Part shown: positions 1 to 12,980 of the stretch, piece after piece | Position numbering within the stretch: the stretch's first letter is position 1 | Layout of the letters: each line of letters opens with the position of its first letter | From: Octopus vulgaris | Taxonomy: Eukaryota | DNA length: 64,000 nt | Direction: 5' to 3' | NCBI GenBank assembly: GCA_951406725.2 | Contig: OX597828.1 | Span: 25,234,001-25,298,000 of the forward strand | Position numbers and translations under genes: made by a program | The notes under the pieces: generated by a model | Seen by the model: only the letters and a program-made list of their open reading frames with translations | What the model was told of the DNA's origin: nothing | Databases searched by the model: none

Positions 1-74
1 TTGCTATAACTCTCTAAAAATGCTTTATAGTTATTTCCCTTACAAACCCGAGCAACGCCGGGCGATACTGCTAG
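1..74 (+). mobile_element. 3' end of a non-autonomous Helitron (runs off the window start)
   Basis: Subterminal hairpin CCCGAGCAACGCCGGG, then CTAG followed by T. Essentially identical to the 3' ends of the copies at 41427-41811 and 44942-45316. Confidence 0.85.
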
Positions 75-77
75 TTT

Positions 78-590
78 AGAATATTTGAAAACTTTAACTG
101 AGAGCTGAAATTAAAAGAATATAAACATTCATTCTATTCATTTCAGTGTTGGGGAAAAGGTTGGGGGAAGATTTCCGAAAGATTGTTTTGCAGTATATTG
201 ACTGTTCATTGGAAGAACTGTACTCAATTTTCTTTCTTTCCCTGATCAAAAGCTCAGAAACACAGAATTTTAGTTGCCACAGTAGTGGAAAGCTTAATTT
301 GAATATATTATATATTTGCTTTAGGCTGGCTCATCATTAACAACATATTTTATGCACAACAGTTCAGTGTGTATCTGAAAAGAACTGAAAATAAATTTAA
401 ATATTTGAAAGCCTTAATTGTGAGATGAAATTATAAGATTGGTAACACACACACATTACACTTTTAAGTGCTTTAAAAAACGAAAAAGAGGAGAGATTCC
501 TGATAGACTGTTTTGAATTTTATTGGCTACTCATCAGAGGAACCATACCCAATTTCTTTCTTTTTCTTTCCTTAACTCAAAGCATAGACT
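78..590. repeat. Degenerate local tandem duplication (~320-bp period)
   Basis: 78-260 and 398-590 align by eye: AATATTTGAAA..TTAA.TG.GAG.TGAAATTA.AAGA, then GA.TGTTTTG...T.TATTG.CT..TCAT..GA.GAAC..TAC.CAATTT. Confidence 0.65.
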
Positions 591-1373
591 GTTTCTGTAC
601 ACATAAACTCCCCCCCCCTCAACACACACACACATTTCTGGCATTCAGAGGCATGGTGCTAGAGTAATCAGTCTTGCATGACTGGATTGGCCAGGCAAGA
701 TGGTGCCTGTAGGGTGACTTTTTAACGTTTGATCAAGTAGGTGGTGGAGTCAAGGCATGGATGGGAATTGCAGGCACTAGTTTGGGTGAAGCCAAGCATG
801 GATGTAGATAGATCTCAGTAGTGATAGCAAGCATTTTAATGAGAATTTCAAAGAATAGGACAGGAAAGGGTTCAATGTCAACAACAATTGAGCAAAGAAG
901 CAGCTATTTATTTCAGTATGTGGTATAATTTTATTTTCAAGCACCTCTTCAGATTAGCTGTACTTATGTACCACTATGAATGTGTTGTGTGTGTATACAT
1001 ACACACGCACATATTGGTTATCAGATCAAGGAATTTCTTGGCATTCCTAACAAGCATCTTCCATTCATCTGTCATCCATGACATTTTTACACTCTTGGCT
1101 AGTACATCCAGTGTCATCTAACGATTGATGTAGTGTTTTTTACTACCTCTTCCCTATTTACCATGAGGTTTCCACAGTTAAGGTTCAGTCACTAACTCCT
1201 CCTTCTTATGCCAGCTGTGATCAACATAAAAACATCCATCCAATGTCTATTTTCCATGCTGGAATGGTTGGACAGTTGGTTGAACTGGATCCGGCAAGTT
1301 GAACGGGCTGCATTGTATTCTACATACATATATGGTTGAGAAACTTGCTTCCCAACTACATAGTTCTGCATTT

Positions 1374-1998
1374 ATCATCATCATCATCATCGTTTAACGT
1401 CCATTTTCCATGCTTGCACGAGTTGGACGGTTCGACCGGGGTCTGGAAAGCCAGGAGGCTGCACCAGGCTCCAGTCTGATCTGGCAGTTTTTCTACAGCT
1501 GGATGTCCTTCCTAATGCCAGTCACTCCGTGAGTGTAATGGGTGCTTTTTACATGCCAGCGGCACAGGGGCCAGAGGAGGCTGGCAGTGGCCATGATCGG
1601 TTGGTGCTTTTTACATGCCACCAGCATGGTAGCCAGCCAAGGCGGCGCTGGCATCGGCCATGTTCGGGTGGTGCTTTTACGTGCCACCAGCACGAGTATC
1701 ACAAAAACAATTTCCATTTGATTTTTATTTTGATGTTGATGTAGTTGACTCAATAGATCTCCTCAAACACAGCAGGTCGCCCCACGATCCAAGGTAAGCG
1801 CAGCAGGCCATCCTGCAATCCAAGGTACTTTGAATGGGCTGGGGCTGGTTGTGTGAAGCTGGTGTAGGATACAGCCATGAAATCACTTTATTCGTCGAGT
1901 CTTTGCAGTCACAGCATATCTCCAGAGGTCCCGGTCTTTTGTCATTGCCTCTGTGAGGCCCAACGTTCGAAGGTCATGCTTGACCACCTCATCCCATG
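1374..1998 (-). mobile_element. 5'-truncated RTE LINE 3' end
   Basis: (ATG)n tail on minus strand, CCATGC..GCATGG-type terminal palindrome, and close similarity to 7855-8647, which encodes the RTE C-terminus. Confidence 0.85.
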
Positions 1999-2034
<36 letters not shown>

Positions 2035-2039
2035 CATTG

Positions 2040-2400
2040 GCACCATCATTTAACATCCTCCTTCTGTGCTGGCATGGGTTGGACAGCTTGGCTGGAGCTG
2101 GCCAGGCAGGAGCCTCCATCGTGCTCCTGTGTCTGTTTTGGCATGGTTCTTTACAGCTGGAGGCCCTTCTTAACACCAACCACTCTGCAATGTGGGCTGA
2201 GTGCTTTTACGTGGAATGTGCACAGGTGATGTCAGTTTTGGTATGTTTTTAACAGCTGGATTCCCTTCCAAATGTCAACCACTTTACAGTCTTGACTGGG
2301 TGCTTTATAAGTGACACCTGCCCTGGCAGGGTCGCCATGTAATTTTGCAAGACAAGGAGTCTTTGAGATGGGAGGGGGCATATGTGAGTGAGTGGACAAA
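2040..2400 (-). mobile_element. Diverged RTE-tail-bearing fragments (LINE/SINE)
   Basis: CATCATTTAACATCC...GCATGGGTTGGACAG and ACAGCTGGA...CCTT.C.AA motifs shared with the RTE 3' ends. Confidence 0.55.
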
Positions 2401-3179
2401 AGAAAAGAAAGGGCACTCAACACATTTAGTAAGAGTTACCTGTATCATTTAAAACAGTTTGATTTGGTTAACACCTTCAGGCTTCTGGAATGCCAAAATA
2501 AAGGGATCCAGGAAGACTAAGATGGCTACTGGAAGGTAAGCTGCTATTGGTCAAGGAGAGTCACATGGTGATGTAGTGAATAATGTTAATTTATTAATGA
2601 CAACATTTCCATAAAAAAAGGGAGTGTCTTTGGACCACATGATTGAATAGGAAACTGGCAGCGTCTTGATATGTATGTTATTGGTTGTATGGGTGTACAT
2701 GTGTGTGTGTGTGTGCATGTTTGTGTTTGCTAGTGTTCTAGTTGGTATGTTGATTGCTTTTATGTTGATATGTATTATTGGTTGTGTGTGTGCTGGTGCC
2801 TGCACATATGCGTGTGCAATCGGATAATTAGAGGCCTGAGTATGTGTGTGTGTATGCATGCATGTTAGTGTAGTGTGTGGGCATGTTAGTATTATATGGG
2901 GTGTACGTATGTGCACGTGTGTATGGGCATGTGTGAGGGGTGTGCATGCATGTAGATGCTTGTGTGTGTGTTCATATGTGCTTGCTTCTGTGTGTATGTT
3001 TTGTATATGGAAGCAGAATTAGGGGTTTGGAGGTGATGCACATGGCTGTAGAGGGTCAGACTATACGGACGTTGGTGGTTGGTGACCCTGTTCTTGGAGG
3101 TTGGTGATGCTGAGCTTGGTGCAGCCAGTGCAGGAGAGCAACTGATGCGAAGGTGGTATGTTCGGATTGTCAGCAGCCA

Positions 3180-4158
3180 GTAGTTTAAAGTTCACCCCGA
3201 GGGTATACCTCTGCTGACAACAATAGGACAGTTTGCATTTCCTGTTATTAGATATTGCAAGTTGATGATAGAGGATGTGCAATCTTTCATGAAGGTAAAG
3301 CTGACAATTATGGGCACTGGGTGAATAAGTAATGCTGGGTGGTTCATTCAGAGGAAGTGAGACAAAGAAGTGGAATTCTCTCTGTCCCTGGTTCTGAGTG
3401 AGTGCATGTGCTGAGTGAATCTTCCCTTGAAATCGCTGGCTGTCATGCCCATGTAGTTAGTGTCTTGTGATGCCATCAGGTGGTGTGAGAGTGGCTCTGT
3501 AGACTACAGTCCTTGAGAGGTTGGATCCTCCTAGAGAGTAGCTTGTAAGGCTTTAATGGTTGGAGTTGGGAGTTGTGTGGGTGTATGTTTGTGTCTATTA
3601 TAGCATACAATATTAGATGCAATGTTCTCTAAGGTGTAGTAGCTCACCCTGATGTTATGTGGGTTAAAGGGCTTGCAGTACTTGTGGCTCTGGGAAAATG
3701 CCTCTTAATTAACAATAGGAAGTTCCTAGCGATATTAGTGAAAACTTCTAGGTTGCATGGAGGATTGAACCAGATTGCTTTTCCCTTTCTCATCCTCTTG
3801 GAGTGCAGAGAGGGTGCTTGGGGTCCTCCATATATGTAAGCTTCTTGGTGAACCTACTCCTAGCCAAAGCATCATTGTAGTGGTGATGGGGCCCTGTTAA
3901 AGATCTCACTATTGGCCAAGAACTTGGATACTCTTCTACTAACGCTTGAGATAAGGTTTCTAATTATAGCAAGTGGGGATGATGGTTTGACCTCCTGTGG
4001 ATGTATACAGTTTCCTTGTTGGGTTTCCTGTAAGGGTAGTACTTACATTCAGGTTGAAGGTTACATACAAGATATCGACTGATCAGGTTGGTGATAAGCA
4101 TTATGAACAGGCTGAATTCTTCGAATATTTTTATTAAGTCCTTCCTGAACTTGTCCAT
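3180..4158 (-). mobile_element. Decayed Penelope-like element (RT C-terminus/thumb plus GIY-YIG endonuclease)
   Basis: Minus-strand peptides YYPYRKPNKETVYIHRRSNHHP, KAIWFNPPCNL, FNPHNIRVSY, SRTVVYRA and NYMGMTASDFKGRFTQH match the PLE thumb/GIY-YIG pattern. Frameshifted. Confidence 0.75.
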
Positions 4159-4904
4159 GGCATGGCTGTTTATATGACTTCAGATTGCCACACATGCCCG
4201 CACACATATATGCACACATGCTTGCGCCCATGCACACAGGTACATGTATAAACATACACCCACTCACGTGCATGCTCTCTCCCCATATACATACTAACAC
4301 ATCCACACATACCATTTAAGTTTAATCAGCCGTATCTTTTTCTAATTTACATTATGAAAAAATTTTGCACAACAAACTTTTTGCATATATTGACTACTAA
4401 ATATTAGAGAGAACTTAAGTTATAACCATTTGTATGTGTGTGTGTCCATATTTTCTACTTGTATTCAGTGTAAAATATTTTCCATATGTTTTATTGAAAA
4501 GTAATTTTTCAGAACACTATCCAATTTTAAAATGTTCATTCACAAATACTGAAGAAAATATCTAGTTCTATGGTATTTAGTAGTTTTGTTAGTTTTATAA
4601 AGTACAAAGCTCTAATTTATGTCCACTTTTCCATGGTTGTATGAGTCCGACTCCCTTCTGTTACTAACCCTCACTCATTTCCAAAAATAAACTTGGCAGG
4701 AGAATACTTTGAAACCTTAGTCATTTAGAATTGCATTCGGTTTGCTTTTAATGTACATCCAAGAGATTCATCAGAGCCCTAGCCAATCCATTCTTCATTA
4801 TATAAACTGAATCATTGCTTCTTTCTTGAACACTGTATATACTTTAGTTGTATTTGTTGAGAAAGGGGAGTTATGGAATATTTCCTGAATAGAGAGGAGG
4901 ATAA

Positions 4905-5813
4905 TACGAGGTATCAAAATGTTCCTGGACCAGTTATGTTTAATAAAGCATAACTTACTTACCTAAGTTTTAACATCATCTCCTTCGAAACAGTCACCTT
5001 GCGCAACAATATACCGGCCCCAGTGTTCCTGCCACTTTTGGAATCTGGCCTGGAAGTCGTTTTTTGTAAGCAAGTTGAGGCCCTTCTGCAATTCACTCTG
5101 GATCTTGACTGTGGTATTAAAATGATGACCTTTGAGCTACATTTTCATCTTGGGGAAGAGATGTAAGTCTGCAGGTGATAAATCTGGTGAATAGAGTAGA
5201 TGCAGAAGTGATGCCATGTTGTTTTTGGCTCACGAGTGAGGAGAGTTTGGTGACAAGGTGCATTGTCATCATGAAGAGCCCAGTTCTTTGCATTCCGCAA
5301 CTCCAGTCACTTTCACTGAATGTCGTCCCTCAAACGCTTCAAAATGATGCAGTATAACTCTCAATTGACGGTTTGGTTCTTGGGGATGAATTCTTGATGC
5401 ACAATACCACATTTCTGAAGTGACACTTGTGGTAGGCCTTCCAGGGACGTTTTTCCGCTTTTGAAACACCCATACCGCTTGAAGCATTGCGTACGACCCA
5501 TTTCCTCATTGCCATAAGCTTGTCAAAGCATGCTCAATGTCTCTGCAGCAGCAGACTTCTCAAGTTTAACACAAAATTTCACATTGGCTCTTTGTTCCTG
5601 TCCATGATAAAATCACAGACTACAGCATACATATGATCACAAAAAAACCCCCAAAAAAACAAATTCCACAACTTGTGAAATAAACACAGCGATGTCACTC
5701 AGCATACTGCTTCATGAGAGTCTTTGCTAGTTCTCACTGTGCACACAAATGTGTGCTGCCATCTGTTGGTGCACTACAGAACTCGTCCGAAATCTTTTTG
5801 ATGTCACCTTGTA
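4905..5813 (-). mobile_element. Internally deleted mariner (Tc1/mariner) transposon
   Basis: TA-flanked imperfect TIRs (TACGAGGTATCAAAA.. / ..TTTTTGATGTCACCTTGTA). Minus strand gives N-terminal EQRANVKFCVKL and AYGNEEMGRTQCFKRYGCFKSG, and C-terminal WQEHWGRYIVAQGDCFEGDDVKT*. Confidence 0.85.
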
Positions 5814-6410
5814 GGTGAATCTGGGCAGTGAGAGAAATTCATATTGTTGTAGTGATTCTTTGTGTATCGGTAGAGGAAAGAGATGAATTTCTGCAAACCA
5901 TATTTGCCACACAGGTGATATTGAGAAGGTTACCAGAAGAATGCCTACTCATTCTCTGTCTGTCTCTCTCCCTCTCACACTCACATGCTCTCTCTCTCTC
6001 TTACCTTTTCTTAATTCAGATTTTTCCTTCCATCTGTTATACATTATTACATAATGGTAATTCTAACAATTCTGAAGTGGTATTAAAAATTAAGTCAGAA
6101 TTGTGTGTGTGTTTGTGTTATGTGCGTGTGTGTGTGAATGAGTGTTTATTTATGTGTGTACCTGTGTGTATTTATATTTTTTTTTATGTAAGCACTCTTC
6201 AAGTTAGGTAGGTATGTTGTAAAAAGACAGCTAATCATTTTTTAGTGGATCTAATTTTCAGTAAATATTTATTTTTTATTTTGTTTTCACCACAATGTAA
6301 AGTCTACTGCTATAATTTTGTGTTTCTGGTTGGTCCATTCATTCAGAACTACATAATAAGTATAATAAATCTTAACTGTTTTTCTTCTTTTTTCTTCTTC
6401 CTTTTGACAG

Positions 6411-6421
6411 TAGAGGAATAA
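6411..6421 (+). other. Candidate 3' splice site and very short terminal coding segment (xTA GAG GAA TAA)
   Basis: CTTAAC branch-like motif, ~30-nt near-pure pyrimidine tract and GACAG ending at 6410. No transcript evidence available. Confidence 0.3.
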
Positions 6422-6844
6422 ATAACATGTAATATATAGTACTGGAAGTAAAACTGTGATGATTTATTAGTGGTAGTTACAATCATGCTCATATCATGAC
6501 AATGATGATAGTAGTTGATATAGTCATACTACACTTACAGCAGTATTTTTTTTTAATGCTGACAGAAAGTTATGTTATCAGAGGCAGCATCAGTATTTCT
6601 CAAAGATAGAGGAGATATTACAAAACATAGGAAAAGTTTCTCTGTCAGATGTAAACCACAAATGCTCCTAAAGCTAGGAGGGATAGATATCATTAAGCTG
6701 GTGTCATTTGTACTATTGACTAATACATTGGGCAAGTTCACGATTGAGCCAATTTTGTCAGATTTTTCTGTTTTAGTGTGAACTGTTTCTTTTGTGTTTT
6801 CGGGAAAAGAGTATGACTTCAACAGTTTCTCATTCTCTGTAACC

Positions 6845-7414
6845 TAGGGGTTGGCAAACTGGGGTAAATTACCCCAATTGGGTAAAAATTAAATTCTGTC
6901 AACTATCCTACCCATGCATGCATGGAAGATGGACGTTAAATGATGATGATGTTTGTTGTGACCAAAATTTTTCTTCTGGCATGAGGAGACAGTCAAAAAG
7001 TTGCTGCCTTTTGTAACAACCTACCTTTGCAAACAAGAATTTTCCACTCTAATGAACATAAAAACAAAGAATAGTAATCGATTGGACCCTGGAGACTGTA
7101 TACAAATTGCTTTGACATCAGATAACCCAATTTTGATGTAATTGTAACAAAAATGAAGCCACATCATTTTTCCAAAACCTGAAGTGAAAAGTTTCTAGAA
7201 AAATCTTTTTGTTTCATAATGAGGATATTAATCTGTTTTATTGCATTTGTTTTATACATTTTATATTTATGATTGTATTATTCATATAAATAGATTCAAT
7301 AAACCCTTTGAATTCAAAGAATCTATGATTTTCTTCCTTTCAAATCAAATGGGGTAATGTCGGCATAGATAAATATATTTTGGTGTAATTAGTTAAACAA
7401 GTTCCCCAACCCTG
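6845..7414 (+). mobile_element. Non-autonomous hAT (Buster/Charlie-type) deletion derivative
   Basis: TIRs TAGGGGTTGGCAAACT / AGTTCCCCAACCCTG and 8-bp TSD CTGTAACC / CTGTAATC with central TA. Retains the dimerisation-domain peptide KKLLPFVTTYLCKQEFSTLMNIKTKNSNRLD. Confidence 0.88.
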
Positions 7415-7509
7415 CTGTAATCTATAAATTCCAGGCTTCATGTCTGTACATTGTAATATATGAATCTTGATATTTGTTGCCATCTATAATTTCTTTCGTG
7501 TGTGTGTGC

Positions 7510-7853
7510 TTTGGTCATTGGATTGCAGCCATAATGGGCTGCTACCTTAAACCTTAAAGAATTTCATTCAAACAAATCAACCTCGATACCTTTTTTTTTA
7601 AAAATCTGGTACTTATTCTATCAGTGTCTTTTACTGATCCACTAAGGTTTTGGGACATAAACAAACCAGCACTGATTATCAAGACATAAAACACGCACAT
7701 ATATACACTACAGGCTTCCATACAGTTTCCATCTACCAAAGCATTGCCTGGGCCTTTAGTAGAAGACATTTCCCTAAAGTTTTGTGCAATGGGACTGAAT
7801 CTGAAAGCACATGGTTTGCAAAGTGAGCTTCTTAACACAGCCATGCCTGTGCC
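7510..7853 (-). mobile_element. tRNA-derived SINE (family A, same as 21443-21837)
   Basis: Reverse complement of head GGCACAGGCATGGCTGTGTTAAGAAGCTCAC and body motifs (TGGTAGATGGAAACTG, GATAGAATAAGTACC). Confidence 0.7.
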
Positions 7854-7854
7854 T

Positions 7855-8647
7855 ATCATCATCATCTTCTTTTAACGTCCGTTTTTCCATGCTAGCATGG
7901 GTTGGACGGTTCAACTGGGGTCTGGGAAGCCAGGAGGCTGCACTAGGCTCCAGTCTGATCTGGCAGTTTTTCTACAGCTGGATACCCTTCCTAACGCCAA
8001 CCACTCCGTGAGTGCAGTGGGTGCTTTTTACGTGCCACTGGCACAGGGACCAGAGGAGGCTGGCAACGGCCACGATTGGTTGGTGCTTTTTATGTGCCAC
8101 CGGCACAGAAGCCAGTCAAAACAGCACTGGCATCAGCCACATTTGGGTGGTGCTTTTTACGTGTCACCGGCACAGGTATCATAACTACAATTTTCCATTT
8201 GATTTTTATTTTGATGTTGATGTACTTGACTCAATAGGTCTCTTCAAGCACAGCAGTTCGCCCTACGATCCAAGGTACTTTTGAATGGGCTGGGGCTGGT
8301 TATGTGAAACTGGTGTAGGATAAGCCATGAACTCACTTTATTTGTCAGGTCTTTGCTGTCACAGCATATCTTCAGAGGTCTCGGTCCTTTGTCACTGCCT
8401 CTGTGAAGCCCAACGTTCGAAGGTCATGCTTGACCACCTCATCCCATGTCTTCCTGGGTCTACCTCTACCCCGGAATCCTTCAACTGTTTGGGAGTGACA
8501 CTTCACACATCTCTCCTCATCCATCTGTAGTGCATGACCATACCAGCGCAAACGTCTCTCTTGCATACCACATCTGATGCTTCTTATGTCCTACATTTCT
8601 CTCAGGGCGCTTACACTCTGTCGTGTGTGCACACTGACATTACACAT
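7855..8647 (-). mobile_element. 5'-truncated RTE LINE (ORF C-terminus plus 3' UTR)
   Basis: ORF 8372-8566 QERRLRWYGHALQMDEE...GRGRPRKTWDEVVKHDL is the typical RTE C-terminus. 3' palindrome CCATGCTAGCATGG and (ATG)n tail. Confidence 0.9.
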
Positions 8648-9003
8648 ATCTTGTTGATATTTATTAGCTGGGCTTACCTTATAACCAACTTTCATATGTC
8701 CCACTATTGTGCCAACACCTGTGAAGTTTAACTTTTTCTGATCTGTCATACCTCCTTTTTTTGAAGAACTTGCTTGGATTGGCTCTGTCATGCTTTGTGT
8801 ACAGCTTCTCTTGCTATATTCTGAGTTGTTGACATCAGAAAACTAACAAAAGTATTGTCTATAATGTGATTTGAGTTTAGACTAAATACTGCAAGGAGTT
8901 GGCCAGGACATATAGGATGTTGCTGTATTGCAACCCCATCTGCTAATGATACATTTAGACATGTTTCCATATACATACTGAACAAATCTTTAATTATTTA
9001 ACT

Positions 9004-9026
9004 TAATAATAATCATCATCATAATG

Positions 9027-9067
<41 letters not shown>
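9004..9067. repeat. (AAT)n/(ATC)n microsatellite
   Basis: Direct reading of the sequence. Confidence 0.9.
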
Positions 9068-10074
9068 CACAATAATCTGTGCTAGTCTATAATTAGAAAT
9101 GTTGTGCTCAGATTATTGATTATTGTATTATTGTATATTTTATTGTATATTATTTTATTATAGTATTGTATATTATTTTCATTGATCTTCATTTGATAAT
9201 TGATATGCTGGAAGAAATTTTGGTTGCTATTTGGGATAGATATTACTTTCATAAGGTTATTAAAAAGTGACCATCTAATTAGATATTTTACATTTTCCAG
9301 CTTTTGAAAGCTATTAATGAAAATTTTCAATTCTGATTCTATTGACCAGAATTAGTAATAGAATTATTTATATTTCAATTTTAACGCAAAAGAAATCTTA
9401 TTTAACTTGTTCTCCAAATGTAAACTGACATTGATAGGTTGGCTTAAGAACTATTATTACTGATTTCTTACTTAGGCCCAAGACATGAATTTATAGAAGA
9501 TGGATGTTGCTAATGGATTTGACAAACTTGCTACTTATATTATTAACCTCAGATTGATGATGAAAGAAATAACCCTAATGACATTCTAATTCAAAAAATA
9601 TGGGCTAAACAATGTAGAGATGACAGGAGCTGGTTGTTTTGCAGACTCATCCAACTCAGTCTAATCAAAATGTACACAAAACCAATGACGATGCTGAAAA
9701 GGTTAGCAACAAGAAACATTTAATTGATACTCTCCTGATTCTATCAGTATACTGTCCTTTTAAAAAAACCACTACAAATACTCTGATGAACTATACTATT
9801 AGCAAATTAGTTGCTGTTGAGCCTTAAGATAGCCTTTATCAAGCAGGTCCTTAGATCAAATGAAATTCAGTCATTATAGCCCTGTCTTTGAATGCGTGCA
9901 TGCATGCTTGCTCTCTCTCTCTCGCTCTCTCTTACACACACTCTCTTTCTCTCACATATAAAGACAAAAAGAGAAGATGATTATAACTGAATACCCTTAA
10001 TTAGTAGGCCTGTTTGATCAAAACAGCATAGACAAGCAAACATTAACTGAATAATTAATATCTTTGTGTATCTG

Positions 10075-10725
10075 TTCTCTTTTGCTTGCTTCAGCCATTG
10101 AACTGTAGCTATGCTGAAGCAATGACTTAAAGGGTTTATTTAGCTGAACAAATCGACAGTACTTACTTTTTAAAGTCTGCTACTTATTCTATTGATCTCC
10201 TTTGACAAACTGCTAAGTTATGGTGGGTGTAAGCAAACCAATACTGGTTGTCAAGTATTGATAGGGGATAAACACAGACACATTCATATACATATATATT
10301 TCTTTATTACCCACAGGGGCTAAACATAGAGTGGACAAACAAAGACAGACAAAGTGATTAATTCGATAATATCGACCCCAGTGCCTAACTGGTAGTTATT
10401 TAATCGATCCCGAAAAGATGAAAGGCAAAGTCGACCTTAGTGGAGTTTGAACTCAGAACGACGGCAGACTGCTAAGCATTTCGCCCGGCATGCTATGTTT
10501 CTGCCAGCTCGCCACCCTTCACACATATATATATATACATACACAAATACATACACACACATGTGTGTGTGTGTTTGTGTTGCCTTCTACCATAATCACT
10601 CACAAGGTATTGGTCGCCCTGGAGCTACAGTAGAAGACATGTACCCAGAGTGTTGTGCAGTGAGGTTGAACTCAAAACCATAGGCTTGCAAAGTGAGCTT
10701 CTTAATCACATAGCCATGCCTGCAC
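10075..10725 (-). mobile_element. Family A SINE interrupted by a family B SINE (~10296-10520)
   Basis: Family A tail at ~10075-10290 and head at ~10580-10725 flank a family B copy matching 54611-54841. Confidence 0.7.
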
Positions 10726-10744
10726 TAATAAAATTATTCTTAGA

Positions 10745-12065
10745 TCCACTTTACCAGGCTTGTATGGGTTGGATAGATCCTTTCCTTACCTATTCTTACC
10801 TTTCCACAGTTTCCTTCCACTTGAATCTTTTGCTATTTCTTTATGCATCCCAGATCATCCATGCACATTACATATCCATACTTGTACAGTCTTGTTTCTT
10901 GTACAGCCAGTTCTTCTTACATCCAGTTTATCTCACAGTTCATCTATACCACACCATTCATACATATCAACATTACATATCCATCAGAGCATGCTTGCTT
11001 CATTTCTCCCCAACTTTTGTTCATCCTCTGTGTTCACTGTCCATGTCTTACTACCATACAGCAGTGCATTTCATGCATAAATAATATACAAGCCACTCTT
11101 TGCTCAAAGAGAGAATCTCCTTACTGCCAGTTGGAGTAATAGCTTCTGGAACTTACTCTGACTGTTATGCTTTCGGGGTGCCCTCCTTTTCAGCTGATTA
11201 GATTACTTAAGTAGCAGAAGCTATCAACTACTTCCCGTGAGCATTCCATGCAATGAAAAGAAGCTATTTTACAACTGCTCTGACTGCTTCTGTACATCAC
11301 CACATGCAAAGTTTTTATTCACCTTCGACCTTCTTTTTGTACTCTCACAGTTTATGTTGTATTCCTGTGTGAACTATGGAGCTCCTTCCTGACCTTTCCT
11401 GCATATTGACATGGCTATTTTCCATAATGGCATCAGAGTTGTGTCTTCTTTTCTACTCTTTAAAATTCACTAATTTACTCTTGAGTTTTTTTGATTCTAT
11501 GTTTTCGTTTCTGCATTTTCGCTCTTCTATGGTCTTCACTACACAGACTAGTTTATCAGCCCATGGTAGCTTCTGTGGTTAGCCAGTCATAAACTATAAT
11601 TGAAGAAATACAGTAATTATAAGAAGCAGAGAATCAAGTCATTATGAACATATACCTGCACACTAAATTCTTCTCTGAACTCAATGCCAACTCTCACTTT
11701 GCTGACTGCATTCCTGCATGTGGCTGACACCACTTTCATATATCATTTACTCCTAGTTTTCTTAAAGAGCACCATATTACTACTTGCAGTACCCTGTCAA
11801 AATCATTCTCCAAATCAACAAATGCTAGGTACAGGGGCCTACACTTACCTAAAAATTTCTCTTGCAATTGTCTCACTCTTGACAGAGAGCATCAGTGGTA
11901 CACTGTCCTGGCACAAATCCAGTCTTCATTTCCTCTAAGCTGATTCTCTTCCTAATCAATTTGTGCTGTTGCTCTTTCCCTTACTCTCGTAACCTGGTTC
12001 AGTCAGTCTGCATGATACCTTTTTGTATTACCTGGTTGATAATGCAACTAACTAACTTGAACTCT
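10745..12065 (-). mobile_element. Old RTE LINE reverse-transcriptase remnant
   Basis: Minus-strand peptide LIRKRISLEEMKTGFVPGQCTTDAL..RQLQEKFLGK resembles RTE 'DEMQFGFVPGRGTTDAIF..RQLQEK'. WADKL lies at the YADD position. Heavily mutated. Confidence 0.65.
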
Positions 12066-12439
12066 ACCATGCCAGATGTTTTCTGCATCTCAGTGATTGT
12101 ACCTGATAGATTTACTGCTTTTCCTTTCTACATTTCTTTGCGTGCGTGTGCGCACACGCACACACACACACACACACACACCAACCAACCAACCATGCAA
12201 GCAGTGTTATTCATTTTCCAGTCTTCTGGGGAAAAACTATCTCTCTTCTAGGAGGGATTTGTCACTGTCAATAAGTTGTTTATTTAAGCGATTGGCAATC
12301 ATTTTTTTCTGTCTCATAAGGACTTACCCGTCTCAAGGAATGATGTTTTTGTATGTGGTTGCTCTCTTCTCTGGGACAAATTTAATGCATATGGCTTGCA
12401 TTATTGACATGAACTCTAAGTTACAAGCCAATGTCTTGC

Positions 12440-12980
12440 GCAATTTTGCTGGATAATCCCTTTTTCAATTGTCTTCCAGTCAGCCTTGCAGAGGTTCAGA
12501 CTGGACAAAGTTTGGATGCTGTCTATGTGGAATACATCATTAATTGGTTTTGGACCATACATCATTAGTTCTACCATGTTGTAGTCTGAGAAGATTGTCA
12601 GTGTTATCTACATGTGCTGGTTAAGACCTACATTGTTGGTGAAACAGAGGTCTGATATGTCATCATTCCTGGTTGGCGAGAGTTGTTTGCTCCGTGAACA
12701 TCATTTTTGTGAGGTCAAGTAGAGATTCTGTTTGGTTATACTCTTTGCATGTCATTCCTGAGATTATGTGGCCTTCAGGCCATTTGATGTTGGGGAAGTT
12801 GATGTCACCCATCAGAAGTATATTAACACTTTGATCCAGTTTTGTTAGTCCTTCTTTTATCATTGAAAGACTTTCCTCAAATTTACCATCATGATTTGAG
12901 GCATCAGAAGAGTGATACGGTGTGCATATTACCACATCAAGAAGTTGCATTAAATGCACTATGAGTGTGTCACAAACCAA
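12440..12980 (-). mobile_element. CR1/L2-group LINE AP-endonuclease remnant
   Basis: ORF 12663-12980 contains NILLMGDINFPNIKW (GDFN-P-I-W motif), followed by DLCFTNN in a shifted frame. Confidence 0.75.
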
